A stretch of 64,000 nucleotides of DNA from Nemertoderma westbladi. Its lineage: Eukaryota > Animalia > Xenacoelomorpha. Shown here piece by piece: positions 49,952-59,499 of the stretch. The DNA lies in NCBI GenBank assembly GCA_032718475.1, contig JAUCBJ010000998.1:1-64000 (forward strand), in the 5' to 3' direction. Every line of letters starts with the position of its first letter. The first letter of the stretch is position 1. Position numbers and translations under genes: made by a program. The notes under the pieces were generated by a model. The model did not search any database. It was given only the letters and a program-made list of their open reading frames with translations, and was not told the DNA's origin.

Positions 49952-50476
49952 ATGCCATACAAAGCAAGCAGCGGATCAACACCAATTCAAATAATCAATC
50001 GTCAATATACAGCTCAAACTGAATTTCCAATTGATATAATCAAAGTTTCTCAACAACTAAAAGGTCAGATGCGGCAAAAACCAAAAATGTTTGTGTATAA
50101 GACTGGATCTGCGACAATTATGCTATTCCCAACTGGTTCAATAACAATAGTGGGTCCATGTAAAAATATTTGTAATGATTTACTTTATCTGAAACAATGT
50201 ACCAACATACTAATTAAGAAAATTAAATTAAATACAGTGACCAGACTAATTAAGTTACCATCTCTTAATTTTAAATCATTAAGTAAAAAGTGTGGACATC
50301 ATTTTGTAAACAATGTAAAGGTATATATTGATTTTACACCGGAGCTCTTTTGTGGACTTCGATTGTATATTGGGCGATGTTATTTCAGTGTCTTTCACTC
50401 AATGAAAGTTATAAGTATGTGTCCTGTTGGTGATTTTGAAGAAGCTCTCATTATATTATTTAGTTTATTGAATTAA
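49952..50476 (+). CDS. TATA-binding-protein-like protein (174 aa)
   Basis: Two TBP-type repeats: IQIIN...FPIDI...TIMLFPTGSITIVG and IKLNTV...FTPELFCGL...SVFHSMKVI...FEEAL. Confidence 0.8.
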   Translation: MPYKASSGSTPIQIINRQYTAQTEFPIDIIKVSQQLKGQMRQKPKMFVYKTGSATIMLFPTGSITIVGPCKNICNDLLYLKQCTNILIKKIKLNTVTRLIKLPSLNFKSLSKKCGHHFVNNVKVYIDFTPELFCGLRLYIGRCYFSVFHSMKVISMCPVGDFEEALIILFSLLN

Positions 50477-50488
50477 TAAGTAAAATTA

Positions 50489-50715
50489 TCTCTCAATATA
50501 CTACGTCATTATACTGTATGTGCGGTTTTATATATTTATGTGATTATACTGTCTCTCAATATACTATATGTGATTATACTATATGTCATTATACTGTATG
50601 TGCGGTTTTATATATTTATGTGATTATACTGTCTCTCAATATACTATATGTGATTATACTATATGTCATTATACTGTATGTGCGGTTTTATATATTTATG
50701 TGATTATACTGCGTG
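50489..50715. repeat. 80-bp AT-rich tandem repeat built from TGT(G/C)ATTATACT subunits
   Basis: TCTCTCAATATACT recurs at about 50489, 50552 and 50632. Confidence 0.9.
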
Positions 50716-51096
50716 TGGTTCTATATATTCATGTAACATATATACTAATTATAGTTTTATTAAATTTATGTAAAAAATATATTGATTTATATTATTAATA
50801 ACATCTTACCTTGAGAACAATTCTACCAATCTTTACAAGTAATGGGGACCCACCTTTCCTCACCTAACCCCTCCCAAAAAAGTCCATAAGGCCAAGGTTT
50901 ACTGCACTTGTTCTCCATTGAGTGATTAGTTGTTAAACTGGTGAATTCATTATATAAATTTAAATATTTACTAAAGCCGCTAGATGGCATGCATTTGTGA
51001 CGCGAACATTAGTTTCATATTATACTGTATAAACGTTAAAAGTCAATTATTATTTTAATAAATATAATAATAATTGTGTTATAAAAGGAAAACACG

Positions 51097-51723
51097 ATGG
51101 ATATAGTAGATATGCGGTTTCGTTTTGGAAGTACAATATTAATAGCCGGTCCTAGTGGTAGTGGAAAAACTTCTTTCTTGGAGAAAATGTTATTAAATAG
51201 GAAATTGATCCTTAACGAAACCCCAAACAGTATTACTTGGTTTTATGGACAGACGAAACCAATAATTAAAGGTGTTAATATTACCGCTTTAAATGAAATT
51301 CCAGAACACTTTAATGAAAATGTGAAAAACCATTCTATCATTATAATCGACGATTTGATGACAGAACTACAAAATTCCAAACAAGCGACTACGCTATTTA
51401 CTAAAGTAGCTCGACATACAAATTCAATGGTAATTTTTCTCACTCAAAACCTTTATCAAAAAGGAGGAGAATCTAGGACCCGTTCCATTAATTCCACATA
51501 TTTCTTATTGTTCAAAAATCCGAGGGATCAGACACAGATAAGAACTTTAGCCCATCAGATGAAACCAAATACACCCAAATTCTTAATCGCGGCATTTCAA
51601 GACGCAACAAAGGTTCCCTTTAACCCACTTCTTATTGATTTTCATCAATTAACGAATGATAGTCTTCGTATACGTGGGTATTTATTTACAAATGAACATT
51701 GTGTTTATCAACCCGTGTCGTAA
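51097..51723 (+). CDS. A32/FtsK-like DNA-packaging ATPase
   Basis: GPSGSGKT, IIIDD, RH..S.VIFLTQN, FKNPRD. Confidence 0.95.
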   Translation: MDIVDMRFRFGSTILIAGPSGSGKTSFLEKMLLNRKLILNETPNSITWFYGQTKPIIKGVNITALNEIPEHFNENVKNHSIIIIDDLMTELQNSKQATTLFTKVARHTNSMVIFLTQNLYQKGGESRTRSINSTYFLLFKNPRDQTQIRTLAHQMKPNTPKFLIAAFQDATKVPFNPLLIDFHQLTNDSLRIRGYLFTNEHCVYQPVS

Positions 51724-51736
51724 TATACGTAGAAGA

Positions 51737-51874
51737 ATGCTTCTATTAGCAATTGTCTGTTATTTAGTTATATTATACTTATTTGTGGTTTATCATCGAC
51801 AAAGGTTTCTTAAATTTCTTAATATTATAGAACAAGTATGGAACTTAATATACGAAAGTATAGGAAAGAACTAG
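51737..51874 (+). CDS. Small putative membrane protein (45 aa)
   Basis: Hydrophobic N-terminal helix MLLLAIVCYLVILYLFVVY; tightly packed between neighbouring genes. Confidence 0.5.
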   Translation: MLLLAIVCYLVILYLFVVYHRQRFLKFLNIIEQVWNLIYESIGKN

Positions 51875-52179
51875 AATTTTTGAAAAATAGCAACGCATTA
51901 GCGCGAGGAGCATTTATTCGAAAAAAAGCTAGTAGCGAATTAATACGATTTCTCGTTAATATTACACTGAATACGCTCTATGGGAATATAAATATTGATG
52001 GAAAGATTGTTAAAAAATTGAAGCCATATAAGAAATATATGAGGCGATTGAAATCGAAAAATTCAGTTTCACTTCAAAGACGTTCTCTCTCTCAGGCTGG
52101 GGGGTTCCTTCCACTTATTTTGCCACTGTTGATAGGCGCCACAAACATTGCCACAACTGTTGCCACAGCGTTAACATAA
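51838..52179 (+). CDS. Maverick small basic virion-type protein with a GGFL hydrophobic tail
   Basis: N.L.GNI motif and QAGGFLPLILPLL tail, as in conserved small Polinton ORFs. Confidence 0.75.
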   Translation: MELNIRKYRKELEFLKNSNALARGAFIRKKASSELIRFLVNITLNTLYGNINIDGKIVKKLKPYKKYMRRLKSKNSVSLQRRSLSQAGGFLPLILPLLIGATNIATTVATALT

Positions 52180-52181
52180 CC

Positions 52182-52364
52182 ATGTCATTCAAGAAACTAT
52201 ATTTAATAACCCCCGAACAACATGCTAGGTTGCAACCAACACATTTGAAAATAAAACCTTTAATTAAAGAAACAAAGAAAAAAGGTCAAAATAAACGGAC
52301 AATAAACGATAGAAGAAAAGTGTTGAAACTGTTTGATTATACGCGTCGCAAATCGCGAAAATAA
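52182..52364 (+). CDS. Small basic hypothetical protein (60 aa)
   Basis: Good ATG context, abuts neighbouring ORFs, K/R rich. Confidence 0.55.
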   Translation: MSFKKLYLITPEQHARLQPTHLKIKPLIKETKKKGQNKRTINDRRKVLKLFDYTRRKSRK

Positions 52365-52424
52365 TGTCTTGGTTAAAAAAACTTTCAGTAACTTGCAATT
52401 TTCGTTGTCTGTGCAATTCTAGCA

Positions 52425-53504
52425 GTGTTACCTATGGCTATGATCAACAAGATGGTAGAAAAACGCTTAGCCAAAGCTTACTACAATCCTTCAAGTGTTG
52501 CAGGGTTTTCCACTGTAGGAAAGCTAGCAAAAGAGACGGGAGTCAATCCAAAACTCGTGAAAAGATGGCTTCAAAGTCAGCAAACCTACACATTGCATGC
52601 CCCAGCGAGGCGTCTGTTTCCCACAAGCCGAATGTATTTTTATGGAATTAGTGACACCATTCAGGCAGATTTAATAGATATGCAAAAATATCGCGCAACA
52701 AACTCAGGTTATGGATATATTCTAACCGCAATCAACTGTTTTAGTAAGAAGGGATGGGCATTACCATTGAAACGGAAGACTGGTATTGAAATTAAACATG
52801 CACTACAGTCTATTTTTATTGAAGAAGTACCACGTAATTTATGTACAGATCAAGGGTTGGAATTCGACAATAAAGTTGTACTCAATTACTTGAAAATGAA
52901 AAAAGTTAAATATTATACAACACGATCGCAGTTCAAAGCAGCCATTTGCGAAAGGTATAATAGAACATTGAAGACAAAGATGTATAAAATTTTTAGTAGA
53001 AGAGGTAACCATAAGTGGCTTGCTATTCTACCAAAAATTGTATACTCTTATAATAATTCTATACATAGATCTATTGGAATGCCCCCAATTCAAGTCAATA
53101 AGTCGAATGAAGATAACGTGAGAAGAAACCTCTATGGAAATTTAGCTAAAATCATTGTAACAAAACCCAAATTGAGAATAGGTGACAATGTGCGACTTAA
53201 TATAGCTAAAACGGCGTTTGAAAAAGGTTATACAAAAAATTGGACTGGTGAGGTGTTTACTGTGAAACGTATAAGACTAGATCGTTTTCCTCAGCCTATG
53301 TATCATATAATAGATTCAGTTGATAGAGAAATAGAAGGAACATTTTACCCTCACGAATTGCAAAAGGTTACACAAACAACTGATATTCAGCCAATCGAGT
53401 CCATTTTGAAGTCTCGAATAAAAAATGGTCGGAAGGAATTCCTTGTAAAATTTAAAAACTATAAACGGAACTCTTGGTTGAGCGAGTCTCAACTACGTAA
53501 ATAA
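52425..53504 (+). CDS. Retroviral-like (RVE) integrase with C-terminal chromodomain; real start possibly ATG 52440 or 52452
   Basis: YYNP, YTLH, QADLIDM, TDQGLEF, KAAICERYNRTLK, YNNSIH.SIGM.P, FEKGY..NW, IESIL...FLVKF...NSW. Confidence 0.95.
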   Translation: MLPMAMINKMVEKRLAKAYYNPSSVAGFSTVGKLAKETGVNPKLVKRWLQSQQTYTLHAPARRLFPTSRMYFYGISDTIQADLIDMQKYRATNSGYGYILTAINCFSKKGWALPLKRKTGIEIKHALQSIFIEEVPRNLCTDQGLEFDNKVVLNYLKMKKVKYYTTRSQFKAAICERYNRTLKTKMYKIFSRRGNHKWLAILPKIVYSYNNSIHRSIGMPPIQVNKSNEDNVRRNLYGNLAKIIVTKPKLRIGDNVRLNIAKTAFEKGYTKNWTGEVFTVKRIRLDRFPQPMYHIIDSVDREIEGTFYPHELQKVTQTTDIQPIESILKSRIKNGRKEFLVKFKNYKRNSWLSESQLRK

Positions 53505-53514
53505 ATCAACAAAA

Positions 53515-54342
53515 ATGAATAACTATATAACTTTATTCTCAAATGGACCTACAAACAAATTTCCTGATAACACCCTTTCGAAATTTACGGTTGATCTACC
53601 CTATACAATCAATCTCAGTGGTGATGTAGAAGTGGGACTATCTGAAATTCAATACTGTTCCTCATTCTATAATATACGTCAACAATCTCTGTTTACAATT
53701 TATTATGGAGATAGGACATCGCAAGTTGTTATATTTGAACCAGGACTATATACGAGTGTAGAAGCCATTATTAATAAAATCAATCAACAAATTGATCACC
53801 CGAAGTGGCCCCAAATTCAATATTTCAAATACTCAAATAAAATCGAGCTCGCTACTTCGCAACACTTTTCTTTTGAAATTACTGGAGATTTGATTACAAT
53901 ACTTGGTTTTGAGGAGTTTACGCAGGATTATGATCCGAGGGATGTACCTTATCTAGCTAATTGGTATGATTATTGGAGTGTAAATGTTAGTGAATTTGGT
54001 TCTTTAACATTCAAACAGCAACCGGGCCAGCGTGCTCAATTTAGAGGGATTTGTCCCTTTTCTTGCGATTTAGTCTTAGGGCGACATAATTTGTTTATCT
54101 ATAGTGACATTACTTCTCATGTGACTGTGGGAAATACGACGGCACCGTTATTACGCACGGTACCTCTCGAACTTGAGCATAATAAAGTTATAACGCGCGA
54201 ATTTAAAAAAATTTATTACAGACCAGTTGCTAGAACAATTGTTAATCAGATAAATATTGAATTACGCAACAAAAAAGGAGAACTAATATTATTTAATGGA
54301 GGTGCAACAATAATTACCCTACACTTAAAAAGTAAGCCATAA
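53515..54342 (+). CDS. Minor capsid (penton-like) protein 1
   Basis: YITL.SN...FPDNT.S.F.V.LP...VGLSEI; FIYSDI...VG....PLLR..P...Y.PV...INIEL. Confidence 0.9.
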   Translation: MNNYITLFSNGPTNKFPDNTLSKFTVDLPYTINLSGDVEVGLSEIQYCSSFYNIRQQSLFTIYYGDRTSQVVIFEPGLYTSVEAIINKINQQIDHPKWPQIQYFKYSNKIELATSQHFSFEITGDLITILGFEEFTQDYDPRDVPYLANWYDYWSVNVSEFGSLTFKQQPGQRAQFRGICPFSCDLVLGRHNLFIYSDITSHVTVGNTTAPLLRTVPLELEHNKVITREFKKIYYRPVARTIVNQINIELRNKKGELILFNGGATIITLHLKSKP

Positions 54343-55136
54343 TGGAGAAAATATTATATTTACCCTCAAATTCTTCACCTAAACGATTTCCGTTAAACCA
54401 ACCTTCTAACTTTAATGTGGAACTATCTGAACCATTGCGTTTTAGTGGAAAGTGGATGGTGGGTCTGTCAGAAATTGTTTACCTCTCCTCGGTTCATAAT
54501 TTAGAAGATACATTCATTTATATTCGGAGTTTACAAGGAACTAAAAGAAAATATATAATACCATCTGGTTGCTATACTGATGTGGAGGCGTTGCTTACAC
54601 AGCTAAATATAGATGGTCTCAATTCCCATTTAGAAATAAGACAAAATGAGCTTTATGACAACATTAGTATTCAGTTTATCGACGAAAGTAAAGTTGTTCA
54701 TTTTTATGGAAATAAGTTGATTGAGTTACTTGGATTGCGGGGAATAGAAAATGAGTATTATGTTAATAAAAATAAATTTCTTGTTAGCCTAAAAAATGAT
54801 TATCTACAAATAACGCGAAGGGGGGAAATAGAGGATGATTCTGATATATTACATATTCAAAAAGCAACAAATGTTTTTATGGGAAACATTAGTATATTTT
54901 CAAATATTTGCGGAAATGAGATTGTTGGAAATCAACTGAAACCCCTCTTAAGATCTATTCCTTATCAAGGAGATTATGGTAAGCTTGTTCATCATGAATT
55001 CACAAATATTAATTATAAATCCATTGATATGCAAAATATAGAAACAATAAATATACAGTTAAAAAATGATCGAGATGAATTCATAAAGTTTAATAATGTT
55101 ACTGTAATTGCGACATTAATTTTGAAACGCCAATAA
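54342..55136 (+). CDS. Minor capsid (penton-like) protein 2
   Basis: Same N- and C-terminal motifs (LPSNSS...FP.N..S.F, W.VGLSEI, IVG....PLLR) with a different middle. Confidence 0.88.
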   Translation: MEKILYLPSNSSPKRFPLNQPSNFNVELSEPLRFSGKWMVGLSEIVYLSSVHNLEDTFIYIRSLQGTKRKYIIPSGCYTDVEALLTQLNIDGLNSHLEIRQNELYDNISIQFIDESKVVHFYGNKLIELLGLRGIENEYYVNKNKFLVSLKNDYLQITRRGEIEDDSDILHIQKATNVFMGNISIFSNICGNEIVGNQLKPLLRSIPYQGDYGKLVHHEFTNINYKSIDMQNIETINIQLKNDRDEFIKFNNVTVIATLILKRQ

Positions 55137-55269
55137 ACGATAAATAAGGAAATATATTTAGGAAGCAATGAGTTATAAAGATTATTATCAAAGGAGTTTG
55201 TAGAAAACATTACAGAGAACACTTTATAAGGTTATTCGCGGCGGTGTTAAAAATAAACAGATTGGGACG

Positions 55270-55776
55270 ATGAAGGGTCTCAGCTCAGAAATTGTTACAC
55301 CCCCTTCCATAATGAGGCAACGATTACAATTATTAGAATGGAAACCAAAGGCGGGGGGAGGACTACCTTATTTTGAGGGGGGATATAGACATCGACACAT
55401 GAACAGTCGCACAGTTTTTGTGAGACACGGTCAACGAGGTAAAGGTATCCTTGGAAATATTATTCGGATTGCAACCAAAGTAGTGCCCAAAGTTATTAAG
55501 CCCGTCGCGCGAGCAGCAATTCGCAAAAGTGCTCCTTTTGTAAAAAAGACAGGGAGAAAAATTGTCAAACGAGTAATTCGTCGGGGAATTCCACAACTTA
55601 AAAAGATTGGAAAGAAATTAGCAGAACAGGCTCTCGCCAGCTCAAAACCTTCCACTAAACGAGTAGCTCATAAAATTATTGAAGAAGTTTTAAATGCTGC
55701 TGATGGGAGGTCAATAAACGAAACTCGCAAAAAACGCAAATCAAAAAAGCATCACTGTCCAGATATTTTTGGTTAA
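55270..55776 (+). CDS. Basic core-like protein
   Basis: GGGLPYFEG...QRGKGILG, K/R rich, C-terminal DIF; sits directly before the major capsid gene. Confidence 0.8.
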   Translation: MKGLSSEIVTPPSIMRQRLQLLEWKPKAGGGLPYFEGGYRHRHMNSRTVFVRHGQRGKGILGNIIRIATKVVPKVIKPVARAAIRKSAPFVKKTGRKIVKRVIRRGIPQLKKIGKKLAEQALASSKPSTKRVAHKIIEEVLNAADGRSINETRKKRKSKKHHCPDIFG

Positions 55777-55790
55777 ACTAAATAATAACA

Positions 55791-57041
55791 ATGGAAGAAA
55801 CCACGGAAGCACTAAATTTATTTAATCGCAGTAATGTTCAGACTGTAATTGAAGAAAGTTTTGAGCAGGAAATATACCCTGTGACTACATTGGGAGAGGG
55901 CACATCAGTTATAGATTTCATGATTGAAAAGTCAGAAGATTACTATACAATAGGAAGTGAAACAACACTACAATTAGTATATCGTGTTGTAACAACAACA
56001 CGACCTGACAATGGCGCAGTTTATCAAACACCACTAAGCCTCTCTACTCTATTTTCAAACATTAGTGTTTTGATTAATGAACGAGAGGTAGAGTCTAATA
56101 CTGCAAACTATCCCTATAAAGCTTTCATAAAAGCGATCTTACTTAATGATCAGAGTACAAAAGAAACGATTTTAGCTGCCGAAGGGTTTGCAGAACAAGA
56201 AGCATTTGGTGTTCCTGTAGACTTTGCTGCAGCTGCTCATTTGGAAAGTAGACCATATTATGTTCAGGGGTCTCTATTTGTTGACCTTTTTGAACAGGCT
56301 AAATTTATCCCACCCAAAACTAGTATAAGAATTAGATTAACAAGAGCTACAAATGCGTTTAACTTAGTATGTATTGCAGCTGTACAAGAGCCTCGAATCA
56401 ATATATCTAATGCTTTGTTGAAAATTAAACGAGTAAAATTGGATCCATATATACGTCAACAACATATAGAACAATTAAAAATAGGAGATTATATTTATCC
56501 AATTATACAGAATGAGGTGACAACCTTTACTATAGCAAATGGTCAACAATCTCATGTGAGGGAAAATTTGTTTACAAGCAAGAATGTACCTCGCTTTGTT
56601 AATATTGTCATGGTTCGAAATGACTCTTACAATGGAAACTTAAGATCGAATTCACTATTGTTTGATCACTTTAATGTGAATTACTTACAACTTACGTTGG
56701 ATGGTAAGGTAATTGGAGGTGTGACATATAAACCAAATTTTGCTAATAGACAATATATTAATGAGTATTGCGCTAGCCAAAAAAACCTGCTATCTATAAC
56801 CAGAGGTACAAACAACGGCATTACTCCCACTAGATTTCGTGATTTATATCCAATATTTTCTTGGAATTTATCTCCCACGGGATTTCTTGATGAAGACGAA
56901 CGAAACCCACATCAAATAGGCAATGCTAGATTAGAGATTGCTTTCTCAGCTCCTTTACAAAATACAATTAACGTTATTATGTGGGTGGGATATGATAGAA
57001 CTGTGAATATCAGCAATGTTGGATCCGTAACTATTTTCTAG
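55791..57041 (+). CDS. Major capsid protein (double jelly-roll)
   Basis: L.LF....Q..I, LFS.I.V.IN, YPYKA.I, DLF.Q...IP...IRI.L.R, P..V.I.MV....YNG, G..RLEI.F. Confidence 0.92.
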   Translation: MEETTEALNLFNRSNVQTVIEESFEQEIYPVTTLGEGTSVIDFMIEKSEDYYTIGSETTLQLVYRVVTTTRPDNGAVYQTPLSLSTLFSNISVLINEREVESNTANYPYKAFIKAILLNDQSTKETILAAEGFAEQEAFGVPVDFAAAAHLESRPYYVQGSLFVDLFEQAKFIPPKTSIRIRLTRATNAFNLVCIAAVQEPRINISNALLKIKRVKLDPYIRQQHIEQLKIGDYIYPIIQNEVTTFTIANGQQSHVRENLFTSKNVPRFVNIVMVRNDSYNGNLRSNSLLFDHFNVNYLQLTLDGKVIGGVTYKPNFANRQYINEYCASQKNLLSITRGTNNGITPTRFRDLYPIFSWNLSPTGFLDEDERNPHQIGNARLEIAFSAPLQNTINVIMWVGYDRTVNISNVGSVTIF

Positions 57042-57051
57042 AAAGAAAAAC

Positions 57052-57480
57052 ATGTTGAACTCATATGATTTGAATAATTTCCCTATAGGAGAACATTATC
57101 GTGGTTCTTTCGCCATTGATCAATTACCAGCGAAGGATGGCTCTAAAATGAGCTTCATTTCAAATACTCAAGCCGCTCATTTACCTGGTATGCATTGGGT
57201 CGCTGTTTTTATGAATGAAAATATAGGTGAATACTTTGATTCATTTGGAGTGTTCCCCCCGGCTCGTATAGAAGACTGGTTGTTGCGTAATACAATAAAA
57301 TGGACAAGGACACGAAAAGTGGTTCAACACCCTCTACGAACGAGTTGTGGGGGATACTGTTTATATTACTTATCTGAACGATCAAAAACTGACACGCCTC
57401 TACGCAAGTTTGGAACAGACTTGAAACAAAATGAAAAGATACTTGCATGCTGGTTACGGAACAAAGCCATAATGAATTGA
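57052..57480 (+). CDS. Adenain-like (C5) cysteine maturation protease
   Basis: G.HWVA, EYFDSFG, Q......CG.YC. Confidence 0.93.
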   Translation: MLNSYDLNNFPIGEHYRGSFAIDQLPAKDGSKMSFISNTQAAHLPGMHWVAVFMNENIGEYFDSFGVFPPARIEDWLLRNTIKWTRTRKVVQHPLRTSCGGYCLYYLSERSKTDTPLRKFGTDLKQNEKILACWLRNKAIMN

Positions 57481-57786
57481 TATTATTAGTTGTGTTACAA
57501 TGTGTTATATCTTATGTGTTACAATGTGTTATATCTTAAATGTTACTCTGCTATATGTATATTATGTATATGTGTTATGTTATAAATATATATTTCAATG
57601 TTGCTATATTAAAAATATTAAAATAGTCGACTATATTTCATTTTTCTTTTTTCATCTTTTGATAAATAATATAGGGGTTAAACAAAGAACATCAAAACAG
57701 TTAAACAGTTACATTTAACATTTAGACAGTAAACAGTAACAGTAAACATTTACATGACCAGTTACAATAGACAAGTAACATAAAGT

Positions 57787-59499
57787 TTAGTTTATATCCA
57801 CAGCATCTAGCTTTATCTTTTTCTGTTCTATTGGAGGATAGTGAGCTAATTTTCGTTTTACAATTTCCATCGAATATCTTTTAGAGATGTTGGGGGAATC
57901 ATTAGGGTGAAATAGATTGAGGTGGATCTGCTTGGGGAGGAAAACTGCATCTTTTAGTGTGCGTTTGAGAAAGTTGATGCAACACTCAACAGCATAGTTT
58001 GAAGGTAGGGTTAATTTGTTTGTTGTCTTCAGGCTGACAATAATTGTTTCTGATGGTGTATGTTGAATGTGTATAAGGGGGGTGAGATAGTAATGGGAGG
58101 AAGTGGATTGTTGAATGAGGTGAAAGTTGGAGAAATCACTCGCTTTTATATTTAAACCATCGGTAAACTGAAACGTGGTTGATTTCAAATCTTTTTTGAT
58201 GACAGGCCATATGCCAACATAAGCTTCGCCTTTGAATGAATAAATGAAAGCCGCTACTGATTCATATAAATTAAGACACTGGTGATTAGGTAGTTGTAGT
58301 TGCTTTGGTTCATAATCACTATTGTTGGCCAATGACTTTAGTTCAGAGAGTGCTTCTCGGGCGCGATCTGTATTGTCAATAGAGAACATGTAGTCATAGC
58401 GTCTGTCAGAAATTTCGAGGGTTTCGCAGCTGTAAGCGGTATAAATTTTTATTCGATCTGAAATTAATTCTTCGTGGTTGACTTCATCGTAGCATTCGTA
58501 TCCTTCAACCGCAGAATCGAACCATGAAATTTTAAGAAGTTCATTTCTCGTGAGTAAAAGTGCATCTCTTGTGGAAACAATAACTTTGTTTGAATCAACC
58601 TCAACTCCGCTCGCGATTGCAATGTTTCTTTTATTATTAATATTTGTAATATAACCAAAAGTAGAACTATCGAAAGAAACATAGTTCTCTGGCTCTAAGA
58701 CAATGTGCGAGATTGGATTGATGTAAGGACGACAAATGTTTATATAATGTTGTAGTAAAGCAGCCGCAGTGTCTGAAATGGTTAACCAACCCCCATCTAC
58801 TGTATCTTCTAGTTGTATTAAATCAATAGGTTTCAGTGGGGGTGTTTTCGAATAACGAACAACTTTAAAATTAAAACCAAAATAATGTGCTTTGCTGTTG
58901 TTGTAGAAACAGGTTATTTCATTCAATTGTTCAATAAAAGTTAGTACATCATATCCAAACAGTTTGAAGAAACGAGATTCATCTTTGAGGGGATGAATCG
59001 AGGCGTTCCAAATAATTAAAAGAATTGAGATTGAAATATTATGAAAATCAAACAGACACTCATCAACAAAAAAGGAAGCTTTGAGTGTTGACATACCAAG
59101 GAGCTTGTTTGCAGATTCTTGTGTTACATTGCTGTGGATATATTCAACAACCAGGTGAGGTATTACAAATGTTTCTAACAAGGTTGTCAGATTGAACGTT
59201 ATATTCGATTCTGATTTGTGCAGTTTGAAACCATGGTTTGCGGAATGAAATTTATCATTATTTAGAGTTTGATATTGACCATCCTTCAACTCAAAGCAAG
59301 ATCGTAGAATGAAATGTGCATAATTTGCTGGAATGAGTTGGGGTTGGTTAGATGAAGTGGTAACCGTCATTGGAAAGCGTTTGTTCGAAGGATCAAAATA
59401 TAAACCGAAAGAGTTGTCTGAGAGAGATATTTGATTTTCGTTGGAAACAATTTTTACTTGAAGGAAGTTGAACTTTTGAAGGAGTTGAGCTTGAGCCAT
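57787..59499 (-). CDS. 570-aa hypothetical protein, probable PC4-like fold unit(s), basic C-terminal NLS-like motif
   Basis: Intact ORF starting at the TIR boundary; FIYSFKGEAYVGIW...DGLNIKASDF resembles PC4 (VRDFKGKVLIDIREY...KGISL). The ORF is well supported; the fold call is weak. Confidence 0.6.
   Translation of the reverse strand: MAQAQLLQKFNFLQVKIVSNENQISLSDNSFGLYFDPSNKRFPMTVTTSSNQPQLIPANYAHFILRSCFELKDGQYQTLNNDKFHSANHGFKLHKSESNITFNLTTLLETFVIPHLVVEYIHSNVTQESANKLLGMSTLKASFFVDECLFDFHNISISILLIIWNASIHPLKDESRFFKLFGYDVLTFIEQLNEITCFYNNSKAHYFGFNFKVVRYSKTPPLKPIDLIQLEDTVDGGWLTISDTAAALLQHYINICRPYINPISHIVLEPENYVSFDSSTFGYITNINNKRNIAIASGVEVDSNKVIVSTRDALLLTRNELLKISWFDSAVEGYECYDEVNHEELISDRIKIYTAYSCETLEISDRRYDYMFSIDNTDRAREALSELKSLANNSDYEPKQLQLPNHQCLNLYESVAAFIYSFKGEAYVGIWPVIKKDLKSTTFQFTDGLNIKASDFSNFHLIQQSTSSHYYLTPLIHIQHTPSETIIVSLKTTNKLTLPSNYAVECCINFLKRTLKDAVFLPKQIHLNLFHPNDSPNISKRYSMEIVKRKLAHYPPIEQKKIKLDAVDIN

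Noticed and set aside
50518-50798. Short ORFs in the Maverick 80-bp repeat
   Set aside because: Repeat-derived, low-complexity translations
52364-52651. 95-aa ORF overlapping the integrase
   Set aside because: Mostly out-of-frame overlap with the integrase; the Cys-rich N-terminus might be a real small peptide but cannot be supported here
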